Positions 37,937-46,803 of a DNA stretch of 64,000 nt are shown one piece after another. The position numbers were made by a program, and so were the translations under genes. A model generated the notes under the pieces. That model was not told where the DNA came from and searched no databases. It was given only the letters and a program-made list of their open reading frames with translations. This DNA is from Omnitrophica WOR_2 bacterium GWF2_43_52. GTDB taxonomy: Bacteria > Omnitrophota > Gorgyraeia > Gygaellales > UBA12090. How positions within the stretch are numbered: position 1 is the stretch's first letter; each line of letters starts with the position of its first letter. The DNA lies in the NCBI GenBank assembly GCA_001805445.1, contig MHGF01000023.1:18859-82858 (forward strand), given 5' to 3'.

Positions 37937-37985
37937 CAATGCCAGGCATAAACAAAGGTTTTTTCATCTGACTATGCCTGGCATT
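37937..37985. repeat. Back-to-back ATGCCAGGCAT terminal repeats (CAATGCCAGGCATAAACAAA-GGTTTT-TTCATCTGACTATGCCTGGCATTG): apparent solo or empty carrier element
   Basis: Both end types seen at 17693-17872 are here directly adjacent with nothing between them. Confidence 0.55.
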
Positions 37986-38012
37986 GAAAAAGCTTTGACA
38001 AGGAGGATAAAA

Positions 38013-40457
38013 ATGGATTCCTACAAAAATAAAAATAACAAAGGTGTGGCATTAATTATGGCTTTGGGGGTTTCCAGTGTTTTGCTTACCTTGAGTATGG
38101 CCTATGTGGGCGGGGCTATACAGGAGAGTAATCTCAGCCAGCGTTATCAGGATTCTATGACTGCGCTTTATGAGGCAGAGCGGGGGTTAGCCTATGCCTT
38201 CGGTGAGGCGCAAAATGCGGGGTATGACTGGTTTACCCATGATGTAGATAGCAATGATGCCAATAGGAATGGCGATACCACGGAATTCATAAGGCCAGCC
38301 AACTCTCCTGGAGTAACATTAGGAGATGTTAGGGATAATCAGGGAATAGTAATCAATAGTGCAGGTAATTACCAGATACCCTTAGGAGGGGCTTCTCTTA
38401 TTCAGGTGCGCAGTTACACCAATCCTAATGATACAAACCAGATGTTTCTTATGGCTCAAGCTACCGTAGGCTCTGCCAGCCGTACCTTAAAGACCAAGAT
38501 TATCCGCAGGCCGCTATTCAAATATTTTTATTACTATCCTGGGTGGAAATATTTTGAAGGCAGTGATTTTGACGGAGAAGGAATAGGCGGTGTCTATGTC
38601 AAAGATGGTATAACCTTACGCAATGTAAATTTTAAAAACATAACTGAATTAGCCACCGGTCCTAACGGATATATCGTAGCGGCAAGTGATCAATATACCT
38701 CTCCTAAAGGAGTAGATTGGTTCATAGGGGGGATTAACGGAAAAGCGCCTTTACCCTCTAAGTATGACAGCAGTGGGCAACTTGTTTGGGATGACGGATA
38801 TAACGGCAATAACCCTTGGGGGCAGTGGAGGTGGCCGCCTCAGTACTCCTTTCCGTGGGACTGGAGGCGCGTCTATGACCATTTTTTTAATCCAGGAACG
38901 GTTAACAAGGTTACTCTCCCTACTAAGGATGATGCAGTGAATAATTTATGGCCAGAGTGGCAGTGGAATAAATATCCGCAGAGTGATAATTCCGAAGTAC
39001 CGGTACAGTTTTGTAACCCTTGCGGGGAGCGCGATATTAACGGAGATGGAGTGAAGGATACAGTCTATGCCACTCCCCAGTATTGGGCGGCGTTTTCAGA
39101 AGCAAGATGCGGTGCGGGGAAAACAAATAACGAGTGCGGCCTCATTGACCCGGATTTCTGGAGGGATAAGATTTATGACCGCCAGACTCCGACCGAAATG
39201 GTAAGGTATCTTCATACCAAAAAGCAGGCAGGGGCATGGCAGGGGTGGGTTAATAGCGCTACCATTCCTTTAGGACAAGACCAGTATAACGAAGGCCAGC
39301 CTTTGTCTTCAGTGGTAAAAGAGGGACAAACCGGCGGCTATGATATTGAAATGCCTAAGATTGATCAAAACTATGCCGGGCTGGCGAAAAAGGACGGCCT
39401 CTATATCGGTGAGGATGGGGTGTATCTTAACGGAAGCCCGGACTCTTTGCCATCCTGCATAAGAGATAATGTAGAATTTTTTAATACGCTCCGTCCGCAG
39501 GATAGAAACGGGGATGGCACCCTTGACCCGGAAAATGTCTTAGAGATTAATATTGAGCAATGCCGGACGACAAGGGAGGTGCCGAATAACGGCATTATCT
39601 ATGTTGCCCACAAGAATCTCCGGTTAACCAATGCCAAACAAATGCCGGATAATGGCCTGACAGTGGCCTCTCCTTATAATATCTATATAAAGGGTAATTA
39701 TAACTATGATCCTTCCAATGACCCGGATACGAATGATCGCAACTGGCGCCCGTCTGCGGTTATCAGCAATAGTTATGTCTATATTCTTTCCGGCAACTTT
39801 ACCGACCCTCAGGCTCTGCCTGATTACGTCGTTCCCCGTGAATATCCGTATGAAACAACCAGGATTGCTAGTAACATTGATTATAATAATGCAACCCAAA
39901 GAGCGACTTTGCAAAATAAGGTACAAACTTATTTTGGGTTACCTAATTTTACTATGGCAGGAGTGAACAGCAAAACTGGGCTGGAGAGTAAGATTCGCAG
40001 CCAGCATGCAAGCGAATGTAGCAATACCATGCCTAATATAGCCAGCCCTACTACGGTAAGAAGCGCTATTGTGTCTCCCAAAGATATGACTGGGGTAAGC
40101 TGGGATGAAAACAAGTTTTATCAGCTGGAGCGCTGGCCTACCAATCCGGTGCTAAGAGGCGCGTTTATTCTTTTGGGAGAAAGCTGGGTAAAGGATAACG
40201 AGGGTAATGATATACAGGATATCCCTATTTATGGTTATGACTGGCAAGGCGTTCCTATTAATACCCCCCGGAGTGTACGCAGAGGCACAGGCGGCAGTGC
40301 GACTATTGACAAGGGAGAGGATGTAATGTGGATCAATACGCCGGGCTCCAAGTTAAAATACGAATACTTGTTTGACACTGATACTATGCCTCCCGGGAAT
40401 CTTGCCGGTGGCACGGAAGCCGGCTGGCAGGAGGTTAGCGATTTCAATCATTCCTAG
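38013..40457 (+). CDS. Giant (~815 aa) PilX_N-domain minor-pilin-like protein, paralog 1; candidate pilus-tip adhesin
   Basis: The N-terminus NKGVALIMALGVSSVLLTLSMAYVGGAIQESNLSQRYQDSMTALYEAERG matches the PilX N-terminal domain. The body is rich in N/Y/W/G/D. The C-terminus …AGWQEVSDFNHS is shared with paralog 2. The ORF track starts at 37974. Confidence 0.65.
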   Translation: MDSYKNKNNKGVALIMALGVSSVLLTLSMAYVGGAIQESNLSQRYQDSMTALYEAERGLAYAFGEAQNAGYDWFTHDVDSNDANRNGDTTEFIRPANSPGVTLGDVRDNQGIVINSAGNYQIPLGGASLIQVRSYTNPNDTNQMFLMAQATVGSASRTLKTKIIRRPLFKYFYYYPGWKYFEGSDFDGEGIGGVYVKDGITLRNVNFKNITELATGPNGYIVAASDQYTSPKGVDWFIGGINGKAPLPSKYDSSGQLVWDDGYNGNNPWGQWRWPPQYSFPWDWRRVYDHFFNPGTVNKVTLPTKDDAVNNLWPEWQWNKYPQSDNSEVPVQFCNPCGERDINGDGVKDTVYATPQYWAAFSEARCGAGKTNNECGLIDPDFWRDKIYDRQTPTEMVRYLHTKKQAGAWQGWVNSATIPLGQDQYNEGQPLSSVVKEGQTGGYDIEMPKIDQNYAGLAKKDGLYIGEDGVYLNGSPDSLPSCIRDNVEFFNTLRPQDRNGDGTLDPENVLEINIEQCRTTREVPNNGIIYVAHKNLRLTNAKQMPDNGLTVASPYNIYIKGNYNYDPSNDPDTNDRNWRPSAVISNSYVYILSGNFTDPQALPDYVVPREYPYETTRIASNIDYNNATQRATLQNKVQTYFGLPNFTMAGVNSKTGLESKIRSQHASECSNTMPNIASPTTVRSAIVSPKDMTGVSWDENKFYQLERWPTNPVLRGAFILLGESWVKDNEGNDIQDIPIYGYDWQGVPINTPRSVRRGTGGSATIDKGEDVMWINTPGSKLKYEYLFDTDTMPPGNLAGGTEAGWQEVSDFNHS

Positions 40458-40480
40458 AGCAAAAGCTCATTAAAGAAAGG

Positions 40481-42892
40481 ATGGGTACTATGTCTTCCTA
40501 CAAAAATAAAAATAATAAAGGCGTGGCATTGATTCTGGCGCTGGGGGTTTCCAGTGTTTTGCTTACCCTGGGCATGGCCTATGTGGGCGGAGCAATACAG
40601 GAGAGCAATCTCAGCCAGCGCTATCAGGATTCCATGGCTAGTTTATACGAGGCAGAGCGGGGAGTTCAGTATGCGGTACTTGAGGCCAGGAATTCCGGAT
40701 GGCAGTTTTTAACCCATAATGTTAATCCTGATAGGACATTGGCTCGGCAAACCGGCCCGGCCCTTATCCCGATAATCATCAGTGACGCGCAAAGGACCGT
40801 TGGTTTCGAAGCTGACGGAGATTATAGTATTGTGAGCCCTGCCTCAAGGATAGAAGTAAGGACGTATATTGACGCTGTACTAGATCCGCAGGATATCTTT
40901 GTTTTAGCCCGCAGCACCTCTTTGGCTACGAGCACCCAGAAAATAATCAAACTGCGCGTAGGTGCCAACTCGCTGTATCAGTATCAAATGTTTACTCCGG
41001 GAAGCATGGAATTGCGCTCAATTGACGGCAGAGGTATAGGCATGATACATGCTAATGGAAATATCCAGTGGCAGACGAATGGAAATGCCCGAAATTTGGA
41101 GAGTGTTGACTGCGCTGGCTTTATGCGCTATAGTTACAGTTACCGTGTCCCTGCATACCTCTTAGACGGTTTAGACGGAATTATGGATGGGAACGCCCCC
41201 TTGCCAAATGGGTCTTCTACTTACAGGGAGTGGAACCTTAACGATTATAATACGTGGTATAGCGGCTTAACTGCTGCTCAACAAACTCAGGCTGTAGCTC
41301 CTCCTACAGTACCGTATAATACTCCCTCTAATGTCAATAATTTCCCCTGGCTAAAATTAAACTGGTGGTATAATAGCAACCAAAATTACAGCTGGCACCC
41401 GTCATGGGCTTCAATACAAGGTGATTTTGCCTCTGCTTCACTTCAGCAGAATTCCGGCGTATCGTATAACTGGAACGAAGCGGTGGATACTTCAAATTCA
41501 GGCGGGTTAAGCCCCCATTATAATTGGAGTTTTGGTTCAGTTGCCAGTTACCCTATATTCTATAATACACTGGGCAGTAATTTTGATACCTATAATGGCA
41601 TCGGTAATTATGATTATACAAATTTTCGCAATCAAAGTGTCGATAACAGTAGAGTTGATTCATTATTTGGCTCCGGTATGCGTATCAATGGCGTTCAAAT
41701 CCCCTTTAGGTTAACAGGAGGCGACTCCTACCAATTTGACCCCTTTTATAAAGATCCTGTGGTAGACGCTCCGCGTACTGTCAGGTACGCGAACACAGAA
41801 CTACTGCCTAATAATTGGAGTACTTTTTCAAATGGGGCAACTATCCCGAATAATTTTATGGGAGATCCGCAGCCGCACGCGCTCGAGCCTTTAAGCGCGA
41901 TACTCAAAGATAGAAATAACGGAGGCAAGTATATTGACCCGGTTCCTGTTGATTCGGCTTATTTTAGCTCTTTGGCGGCGACAGGCGGGATAGTGATTCG
42001 CTGCGATGGCACTATTACTAATCGCGCGGATATCCCCTTGGGAGTTATCAGTACTTCCAGTTTTATCAATCATATTCATCCTTCCCTGGTGGGTGGGGTT
42101 CCGCAGCCAGACCAGGTAGTCAATGTTGATATAGGAACACTCAAGAATTGGGCAGCGGCTAATAACTTTAACGGGGTAATCTATTTTGATGGAAGCTCTT
42201 GCAGCGGCAGCAGCGGCATCCGCCTGAAGAATGCTAAAGAACTACCCGACCAGACAGCCACTAACACCAGCGGCGGCCTTAGCGTTTATTCCACGCGCCA
42301 GGTATATCTGCAGGGCGATTTTAATTATGACAGCACCAGGAGTGATTCATATAACGAGGATATCTGGCAGCCGGGAAGTGTGATTGCCACCAGCAGGGTG
42401 TATTATCTTTCTGATGGTTTTAGTGACCCGCAAACCTTGCCCACGCTGGTGCATAATAGGAATTGGCCTCAGATTACTGATGCTCCTAGCGCATTAATGT
42501 ATTGGACTAATAATGTGGGAAACATGCCTAATGAGGCAGCCCCTGAAGCAGGGAGCCAGAGTACCGTTACCTATCGCGCGTCTATTGTTTCTACAGATAG
42601 TTTATGGCAGGATAATATCCTTGAGCGCTGGAGAAACGGGCGAACCGGCCCGGATTATAGGCGCAGGATTATTGGCGCTCAGGTAGCGATAAATGGAACC
42701 AATAATGTTGTTTCTTCTTGGAATCGCGGGCGTTCCTGGGGAGGCCCCGCGCCTTTTCTTACCAGTTCTTATGATGGGGGCGCAACAACTTTTGAATATG
42801 ACCCTATGTTATTACAGCGAACCCCCCCGGGTGATTTCCTAGCTGGTTTTGAGGCTTCATGGCAGGAGGTGTCTGACTTTGATAACGCGTGA
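40481..42892 (+). CDS. Giant (803 aa) PilX_N-domain minor-pilin-like protein, paralog 2
   Basis: The first ~75 aa are about 85% identical to paralog 1 (about 88% at the DNA level over ~170 bp), with a divergent core and a conserved C-terminal …ASWQEVSDFDNA. Confidence 0.65.
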   Translation: MGTMSSYKNKNNKGVALILALGVSSVLLTLGMAYVGGAIQESNLSQRYQDSMASLYEAERGVQYAVLEARNSGWQFLTHNVNPDRTLARQTGPALIPIIISDAQRTVGFEADGDYSIVSPASRIEVRTYIDAVLDPQDIFVLARSTSLATSTQKIIKLRVGANSLYQYQMFTPGSMELRSIDGRGIGMIHANGNIQWQTNGNARNLESVDCAGFMRYSYSYRVPAYLLDGLDGIMDGNAPLPNGSSTYREWNLNDYNTWYSGLTAAQQTQAVAPPTVPYNTPSNVNNFPWLKLNWWYNSNQNYSWHPSWASIQGDFASASLQQNSGVSYNWNEAVDTSNSGGLSPHYNWSFGSVASYPIFYNTLGSNFDTYNGIGNYDYTNFRNQSVDNSRVDSLFGSGMRINGVQIPFRLTGGDSYQFDPFYKDPVVDAPRTVRYANTELLPNNWSTFSNGATIPNNFMGDPQPHALEPLSAILKDRNNGGKYIDPVPVDSAYFSSLAATGGIVIRCDGTITNRADIPLGVISTSSFINHIHPSLVGGVPQPDQVVNVDIGTLKNWAAANNFNGVIYFDGSSCSGSSGIRLKNAKELPDQTATNTSGGLSVYSTRQVYLQGDFNYDSTRSDSYNEDIWQPGSVIATSRVYYLSDGFSDPQTLPTLVHNRNWPQITDAPSALMYWTNNVGNMPNEAAPEAGSQSTVTYRASIVSTDSLWQDNILERWRNGRTGPDYRRRIIGAQVAINGTNNVVSSWNRGRSWGGPAPFLTSSYDGGATTFEYDPMLLQRTPPGDFLAGFEASWQEVSDFDNA

Positions 42893-42898
42893 TAAAGA

Positions 42899-43226
42899 TA
42901 ATGCCAGGCATACACAAGCAGTGCTCTGTCAAATTATATTTTAACTGCAGCTCTTTAGCTGATTAGCTAATGAGCTAAACAGCCGATGAATTCATTAGCT
43001 TGAACTAACGAACCTGCGAACTATTAACAATTAAGTTAGTTACTGCTGAAAAACCTTTATTTTGCACGAATAGGCACAAATTACACACAAATACACACGA
43101 ATTACTTCGCCGCTGTATTCGTGATGATTAGTGTGTAATTCGTGGGAATTCGTGTTTAAAAGACGTTTATTCAGTGATAACTAAGTTAACAACAAATAGT
43201 ATACAAGTTGTCTATGCCTGGCATTT
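42899..43226. mobile_element. Composite MITE: ATGCCAGGCAT-type terminal repeats enclosing a degenerate family-C fragment (42945-43035, minus) and family-B copy B2 (43036-43165, minus)
   Basis: Left end AATGCCAGGCATACACAAGC, right end GTTGTCTATGCCTGGCATTT. The interior matches the C and B elements at 53.1-53.4 kb. Confidence 0.6.
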
Positions 43227-43259
43227 CCTAAGATATCCCCTTTTTGCACTAAAAACATC

Positions 43260-43288
43260 TTGACATTTTGACATTATGATGTTATGCT
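43260..43288 (+). promoter_or_regulatory. Promoter and putative operator of the toxin-antitoxin operon: tandem TTGACATT TTGACATT (the first is the -35), 17-bp spacer, TATGCT
   Basis: Direct repeats overlapping the -35 are typical of ribbon-helix-helix antitoxin autoregulation. RBS GGGAGGG lies 7 nt before the ATG at 43318. Confidence 0.5.
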
Positions 43289-43317
43289 CCTATTGAAAAG
43301 TAAGGGAGGGATGACGT

Positions 43318-43545
43318 ATGTTAACGAAACGTTCTACCGTATATTTTGATCCGGCTATCCACAGGGTTCTTAAGCTTATGGCTATTGAAACAGAACAGTC
43401 AATTTCTGATATTGTTAATGAGGCTATCCGTCATGAATTAGCTCAAGATCAGGAAGACCTTGCGGTATTCGCGAAAAGGGCAAAAGAGCCGAGCATGTCT
43501 TACGAGGCACTCTTAAAGAAATTAAAGGCCGATGGGAAGATATAG
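43318..43545 (+). CDS. Type II antitoxin (RelB/DinJ/ParD-like, ribbon-helix-helix)
   Basis: 75 aa; the N-terminal strand and helices (STVYFDPAIHRVLKLMAIETEQSISDIVNEAIRHEL) fit the pattern. It overlaps the toxin gene by 14 nt. Confidence 0.7.
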   Translation: MLTKRSTVYFDPAIHRVLKLMAIETEQSISDIVNEAIRHELAQDQEDLAVFAKRAKEPSMSYEALLKKLKADGKI

Positions 43546-43795
43546 GCTCGAGATTAAGAAATCAGCTGTTAAGGAAATCGAACGCCTGCCTCGCAAGGAT
43601 ATGAAGGCAGTTCTTGGAAGAATAGAATCTCTTTCCGATAATCCTAGGCCGCGCGATTGCAAGAAATTATCAGCTCAAGAGAAGTATCGGGTTCGTTGCG
43701 GGAATTATCGAATACTTTATTCTATCGAGGATGATATTCTCATCGTTTTTGTCGTTAAGGTAGGGCATCGTAAAGATGTTTACCGGGGTAACTGA
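43532..43795 (+). CDS. RelE/ParE-family toxin
   Basis: …YRVRCGNYRILYSIEDDILIVFVVKVGHRKDVYR is the RelE/ParE C-terminal signature. Confidence 0.8.
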   Translation: MGRYRLEIKKSAVKEIERLPRKDMKAVLGRIESLSDNPRPRDCKKLSAQEKYRVRCGNYRILYSIEDDILIVFVVKVGHRKDVYRGN

Positions 43796-44014
43796 CAGGA
43801 AAAATGGCGAAAAAAGAAAAAAAGGGGGGGGGGTAACACAAAAACATCCGCTTAATAAGCGGCGGTCAAAGAAAGTAAATAAATAGTATCGTTACCTTTC
43901 GCGCATTTCTTCGTAATCAAAAGAGCCGAGGACGCCCCTGTGAAGGAAGCCCGCCCATTTTAAACACGTGCCATAAGATTTTTCAGCGATAACCAAAATA
44001 ATCCTCTAAAGTTC

Positions 44015-44043
44015 TTGACGATTATAAGGCGCTCGTGTATACT
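44015..44043 (+). promoter_or_regulatory. sigma70-like promoter TTGACG, 17-bp spacer, TATACT, upstream of rpsO-pnp
   Basis: Near-consensus hexamers with 17-bp spacing. Confidence 0.5.
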
Positions 44044-44138
44044 ATCTTCTCAGGCATTTTCTGTAAAGAGAGTAGCGGGAGTTTGTTTGCCTTTGGCATA
44101 GGTGAGAAAAAACAATGTTTTTGGTAAAAGAAAACAAT

Positions 44139-44255
44139 AGTAACAGTTTAGCTCCTGGAAGTGTCCGTCGGTGTCATTGCGAGCCCCGAAGGGGCGAAGC
44201 AATCCTATAAAGAGACTGCTTCGTCGCTGCCGCTCCTCGCAGTGACACGAATGTT
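44139..44255. repeat. MITE family A, copy A3, in the rpsO leader
   Basis: About 95% identical to 17718-17835, including flanks GTAACAGTTTAG…GGAAGT(A/G)TCCGTCG and terminal repeats GTGTCATTGCGAG / CTCGCAGTGACAC. Confidence 0.75.
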
Positions 44256-44308
44256 TCCGAGGGCTGAACTATTACAAACAATAATGTTTTATAAGCGGAG
44301 GTGTTACG

Positions 44309-44578
44309 TTGGCAATTGAAAAGGTGAAAAAGGAAAGGTTGATTTCAGAGTATAAAGAGCATCCTCAGGATACAGGCTCAGCGGTAGTGCAGGTGGCATT
44401 GCTTACCGAGCGTATCAACCAGCTGGGGGAGCATTTTAAGACGCATAAAAAAGACCATCATTCCCGCCGGGGGCTTCTGACTATGGTAGGAAGAAGGCGC
44501 AAGCTCTTAAGCTACCTGAAGAAAGAAGACAATAAAAAATATCAAGAAACATTAGATAAACTTAGCTTGAGAAAATAA
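44309..44578 (+). CDS. rpsO: 30S ribosomal protein S15 (TTG start)
   Basis: …[53 protein letters not shown]. Confidence 0.9.
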   Translation: MAIEKVKKERLISEYKEHPQDTGSAVVQVALLTERINQLGEHFKTHKKDHHSRRGLLTMVGRRRKLLSYLKKEDNKKYQETLDKLSLRK

Positions 44579-44673
44579 ACCCTTCGATTTAAGGCTATTC
44601 CTTAGGCGGTGCCCGTTTTTTGCATCACAAGAGGTTAGAATGTGGCGCTATCGAAGCATACAAAGGTGGAAAA

Positions 44674-46758
44674 ATGGAGTTAAAACAAGTTAGTATCAAA
44701 TGCGGCAGGCAGGATGTTCTTATAGAAACAGGCAAAATCGCCAAGCAGGCAAACGGCGCGGTAGTGGTAAGCTGCGGAGGTACGGTAGTTTTAGTTACTG
44801 CCTGTATGTCAAAGCGGACCAAGGAATCATTAGGATTTTTTCCTTTAACGGTAGAGTATCAGGAGAAAACCTATGCCGCCGGAAGAATTCCCGGAGGGTT
44901 TTTTAAACGCGAAGGCAGGCCTTCGGAAAGCGAAATCCTCGCCGCCCGCCTTATTGACCGGCCTATCCGGCCGCTTTTTTCTAAAGGGATAACCAACGAG
45001 GTTCAGGTTATTGCCATAGTTTTATCCAGCGACGGCGAAAATGACCCCGATGTCTTGGCGGTAAACGGCGCGTCGGCGGCGTTATCCATTTCCGATATAC
45101 CCTTTAACGGCCCCATAGGGGCAGTGAGGGTTGGTTATATTGACAATGGTTTTGTTATCAATCCGACCTATGCCGAAATAGCGAAAAGCTCTTTAGATTT
45201 GGTGGTTGCGGCCAACAAAAGCGGCGTGATGATGATTGAGAGTAAGCTTAAGGAAGTTCCCGAGGATCTGGTGCTTGAGGCACTACGCTTTGGTTTTACG
45301 AATATCCAGGGCATTATCCAGGCGCAGGATAATTTTGTAAAGCAGGTAGGCAAGGAAAAGGCGGTGCTTGAATATAAAAAGATTGATGAAAAGTTATATA
45401 CTACAGTCGAGTCTTTGGCAAAAGACAGGCTTTCAGAGATATGCCTTTTATCCGGTAAAGAGCAGCGCGAAGAAGCAGTAAGCATATTGGCAAAGGAATT
45501 AGATGAGAAGCTTACCGGAGAAGACTATGAGAGCCAGGATATCCGCGCAGCCTTAGAAGAAGTTGAAAAGCGCAGTGTCAGGAACTATATTTTAGAAAAA
45601 GGGGTGCGCGTTGATAACCGCGGCCCTTATGATATCCGGCCCATTACCTGTGAAATCGGAGTGCTTCCCCGGACCCACGGCTCAGGATTGTTTACCCGAG
45701 GACAGACCCAGAGTTTGGCAGTTACCACCTTAGGCTCAAGCGCTGATGAGCAGTTGGTTGAGGCCTTGGAAGGTGAAACCTCCAAGAGTTTTATGCTTCA
45801 CTATAGCTTTCCGCCTTTTTCAGTGGGTGAGACCGCGCCGCTTCGCGGCCCGGGCAGGCGTGAAATAGGCCACGGGGCATTGGCTGAGAAGGCGTTAGCG
45901 TTTGTGATGCCTTTAAAAGAGGAATTTCCTTATACGGTAAGGGTAGTTTCCGAGATATTAGAGTCCAACGGTTCCTCCAGCATGGCAACGGTCTGTGCCT
46001 CAACCTTATCCCTTATGGATGCCGGTGTGCCTATCAAAAAACCGGTTGCCGGTATTGCCATGGGATTAATTAAAGAAGGGCCTCGCAGTATTATCGTAAC
46101 CGATATAAGCGGCATTGAAGACCACTTCGGCGATATGGATTTTAAGGTTGCCGGCACCAGGGACGGGATTACGGCAATACAATTGGACTTGAAGACTGCC
46201 GGTATAGACCTCGCGTTGATTGCCACTATCATTAGCGATGCCAAGAACGCGCGCTTGATAGTGCTGGATAAGATGCAGCAGGCAATTACCCGGCCGCGCG
46301 AGGAATTATCCGCCTTCGCGCCAAGGATTACCATTTTAAAAATCAGCACCGATAAAATCGGCGAGTTGATCGGGCCCGGAGGAAAAAATATCAAGAAAAT
46401 CATCAGTACGACCGGGGCCTCTGTTGATATTGAGGATGATGGCTCGGTTTTCGTTGCTTCTAATGACTCTGTTGCCGCTCAAAAGGCAATCGATATGATC
46501 AAGGGCTTAACCGAGGCCCCGGAGGTAGGTAAAATCTATTCCGGTAAGATAAAGAGGATTATGGCCTTTGGAGCGTTTTGCGAGATTTTGCCTAATAAAG
46601 AAGGCTTGATACATGTTTCTGAATTGGCTGATAAGTTTGTCAAAAATGTTGAGGATGTCGTCAAGATCGGCGATGAGGTAAAGGTAAAAATCGTAGGTAT
46701 TGACGAATTAGGCAGAGTCAACCTGAGTATAAAGCAGGTTGTTGAAACTAAAGCATAA
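44674..46758 (+). CDS. pnp: Polyribonucleotide nucleotidyltransferase (PNPase)
   Basis: Two RNase PH domains, a KH domain (GPGGKNIKKI) and a C-terminal S1 domain. The ORF track starts at 44620; the likely start is MELKQV with an RBS. Confidence 0.95.
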   Translation: MELKQVSIKCGRQDVLIETGKIAKQANGAVVVSCGGTVVLVTACMSKRTKESLGFFPLTVEYQEKTYAAGRIPGGFFKREGRPSESEILAARLIDRPIRPLFSKGITNEVQVIAIVLSSDGENDPDVLAVNGASAALSISDIPFNGPIGAVRVGYIDNGFVINPTYAEIAKSSLDLVVAANKSGVMMIESKLKEVPEDLVLEALRFGFTNIQGIIQAQDNFVKQVGKEKAVLEYKKIDEKLYTTVESLAKDRLSEICLLSGKEQREEAVSILAKELDEKLTGEDYESQDIRAALEEVEKRSVRNYILEKGVRVDNRGPYDIRPITCEIGVLPRTHGSGLFTRGQTQSLAVTTLGSSADEQLVEALEGETSKSFMLHYSFPPFSVGETAPLRGPGRREIGHGALAEKALAFVMPLKEEFPYTVRVVSEILESNGSSSMATVCASTLSLMDAGVPIKKPVAGIAMGLIKEGPRSIIVTDISGIEDHFGDMDFKVAGTRDGITAIQLDLKTAGIDLALIATIISDAKNARLIVLDKMQQAITRPREELSAFAPRITILKISTDKIGELIGPGGKNIKKIISTTGASVDIEDDGSVFVASNDSVAAQKAIDMIKGLTEAPEVGKIYSGKIKRIMAFGAFCEILPNKEGLIHVSELADKFVKNVEDVVKIGDEVKVKIVGIDELGRVNLSIKQVVETKA

Positions 46759-46803
46759 ATTCCGTTATATACCCTATTTCAACCTACGAGGTTGAAATAG
46801 GGG

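Noticed and set aside
37974-38012. N-terminal extension MPGIEKALTRRIK of PilX-like paralog 1
   Set aside because: These codons are the right end of the carrier MITE (ATGCCTGGCATT…). The RBS AGGAGGA precedes the ATG at 38013, and the paralog starts at the equivalent Met.
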